Source of the DNA: an uncultured virus (IMG/VR IMGVR_UViG_3300030103_005599)
Lineage: Duplodnaviria > Heunggongvirae > Uroviricota > Caudoviricetes
Virus record (IMG/VR): IMGVR_UViG_3300030103_005599
Reading direction: 5' to 3' (one strand)
DNA: 64,000 nucleotides
Each line of letters opens with the position of its first letter. The stretch's first letter is position 1. Under the pieces are notes generated by a model, which was not told where the DNA came from, ran no database searches, and saw only the letters and a program-made list of their open reading frames with translations. Of the stretch, positions 62,476 to 64,000 are shown piece by piece. The translations under genes were made by a program, and so were the position numbers.

Positions 62476-63539
62476 TGATTGATGCAATATCAAAACTTGT
62501 TGAATCAGGAGCAATTTCAGAAGATGTGCAAAAAAGCATCCAAGAGGCTTGGGATTCAAAAATCAAGGAAAACAGAGAAACTGTTGGTGCTGAATTAAGA
62601 GAAGAGTTCGCAAAAAGATACGAACACGACAAGTCTAACATGATCGAAGCGATCGACAAGATGATGACTGAGAAGTTATCTGAAGAGATCACGAAGTTCG
62701 TTGAAGACAGAAAAGCACTAGCACAGGAAAAAATATCCTACAAAGAAAACGTAGGCAAACATTCTGCTAAATTAGAATCATTTATTCTTTCTAAATTATC
62801 AGAAGAACTAAAAGAGTTACACAGTGACCGAAAAGGTGTTCATGAAAACTTTAAGAAAATGGAAGAGTTCGTAGTAAACGCTCTTGCAAAAGAAATTAAA
62901 GAGTTCCATGAAGACAAAAAAGGCGTTGTGGAAACGAAAGTCAAACTAGTAGCCGAAGCCAAAAAACAAATGGCTAAGATGAAAGAGGCTTTCATAACAA
63001 GATCTGCTAAAGTTGTAGAATCTGCTGTAAACAAAAAACTTGCTGAAGAGTTAAAATCTCTGAAGGAAGACATCACAGCGGCAAGAGAAGTCAACTTTGG
63101 TAAGAAAATATTCGAGGCGTTCGCTTCTGAGTACCAGAATTCTTACTTAAATGAGAAATCTGAGACTGCGAAGTTAATGAAAGTTGTGGATGAAACCACT
63201 CTTAAATTAAAAGACGCCGAGAAAGCCGTCGAAGATAAACAAGCGGTGATTGAGTCCAAAGAGGCGGAAGCCAAAAGACAAGCGGACTTGATGGAACGCA
63301 AGGAAAAGATGGCTGAGATGCTCAAACCATTGGGCAAAGAAAAGAGTGAAGTAATGGGTCAACTGTTAGAATCAGTTCAAACAGCGAAACTTCAGGCTTC
63401 ATTCGACAAGTATCTACCACACGTGATGGCTGACAAACCAGTTGCAGAACAGAAACAAGTTATTTCTGAAGCGGCAGGTGACAGAGCACAAAGGGAAGAT
63501 GCTGACTTAACAAATATCCGTAAATTAGCGGGTATATAA
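62475..63539 (+). CDS. Prohead scaffolding protein (T4 gp22-like)
   Basis: Coiled coil between protease and MCP; FGKKIFEAFASEY; ends LAGI. Confidence 0.8.
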   Translation: MIDAISKLVESGAISEDVQKSIQEAWDSKIKENRETVGAELREEFAKRYEHDKSNMIEAIDKMMTEKLSEEITKFVEDRKALAQEKISYKENVGKHSAKLESFILSKLSEELKELHSDRKGVHENFKKMEEFVVNALAKEIKEFHEDKKGVVETKVKLVAEAKKQMAKMKEAFITRSAKVVESAVNKKLAEELKSLKEDITAAREVNFGKKIFEAFASEYQNSYLNEKSETAKLMKVVDETTLKLKDAEKAVEDKQAVIESKEAEAKRQADLMERKEKMAEMLKPLGKEKSEVMGQLLESVQTAKLQASFDKYLPHVMADKPVAEQKQVISEAAGDRAQREDADLTNIRKLAGI

Positions 63540-63563
63540 CAATAACTAAGGGGAAAGATACAA

Positions 63564-64000
63564 ATGTCAGATATATTTGAATCAAAATGGGGCGAAACTA
63601 AACAGGCCCTAACCGAAGGTTTAACAGGCAACAAAAAGAAGACTATGGACGTTGTGTTAGAAAACACAAAAAGATACTTGTCTGAGGCTTCAACTGCTGG
63701 TGCAACTAGTGCCGGTAACGTTGCAACGTTAAACAGGGTTATCCTACCAGTAATCAGAAGGGTTATGCCAACTGTGATCGCTAACGAGATCGTAGGTGTA
63801 CAACCAATGACTGGTCCTGTAGGACAAATCCACACACTAAGAATAAGATATGCGGACACTGTAACATCAAACACAGTTGCAGGTGAAGAAGCATTATCTC
63901 CATTCAAAATTGCGAAAGCATATTCTGGTAACCAGAACAACAGTACACCTAAAGGTGCTTCAACAGCCTCTTTAGAAGGTACACCTGGTAAGAGATTATC
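63564..64000 (+). CDS. Major capsid protein (T4 gp23-like), 5' part
   Basis: MSDIFESKW...VLENT...LPVIRRVMPTVIANEIVGVQPMTGPVGQIHTLR.RY. Confidence 0.93.
   Translation, partial: MSDIFESKWGETKQALTEGLTGNKKKTMDVVLENTKRYLSEASTAGATSAGNVATLNRVILPVIRRVMPTVIANEIVGVQPMTGPVGQIHTLRIRYADTVTSNTVAGEEALSPFKIAKAYSGNQNNSTPKGASTASLEGTPGKRL

Noticed and set aside
1..64000. Stop-codon reassignment
   Set aside because: Genes tile almost without gaps in the standard code, and TAA, TAG and TGA all end genes

Overview
This 64 kb window is a gene-dense, AT-rich segment of a large T4-like (myovirus-type) phage genome that reads in the standard code. Host and habitat cannot be determined from the sequence. Minus strand 1-45.7 kb: baseplate/tail module (gp48/54-like, gp53, hub, gp5-like, gp25, gp6, a 4215-aa wedge protein, two paralogous fibre-like proteins). 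It is interleaved with two blocks of modification enzymes: one with 7 Fe(II)/2OG-type oxygenases, methyltransferases, GNAT, nitroreductase, desaturase and GT-like genes, the other with GT-like genes and 4 radical SAM enzymes. Plus strand 45.9-49.8 kb: gp55-like late sigma, gp47, gp46. 49.8-56.1 kb: accessory genes (PLP enzyme, Hc1-like, oxygenase, amidinotransferase, GIY-YIG, ATE-like), a ~450 bp highly structured non-coding element, and a gp26-like gene with a probable -1 frameshift. 56.2-64 kb plus strand: tape measure, portal, prohead protease, scaffold and the start of the major capsid gene. Best leads: (1) the structured element at 53.0-53.5 kb (ncRNA and/or origin); (2) a possible virion-decoration system, with about 18 DGST motifs and S/T/G-rich GY tails in structural proteins next to many modifying enzymes; (3) the frameshift. 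All function calls rest on motif recognition and synteny; no database search was run.
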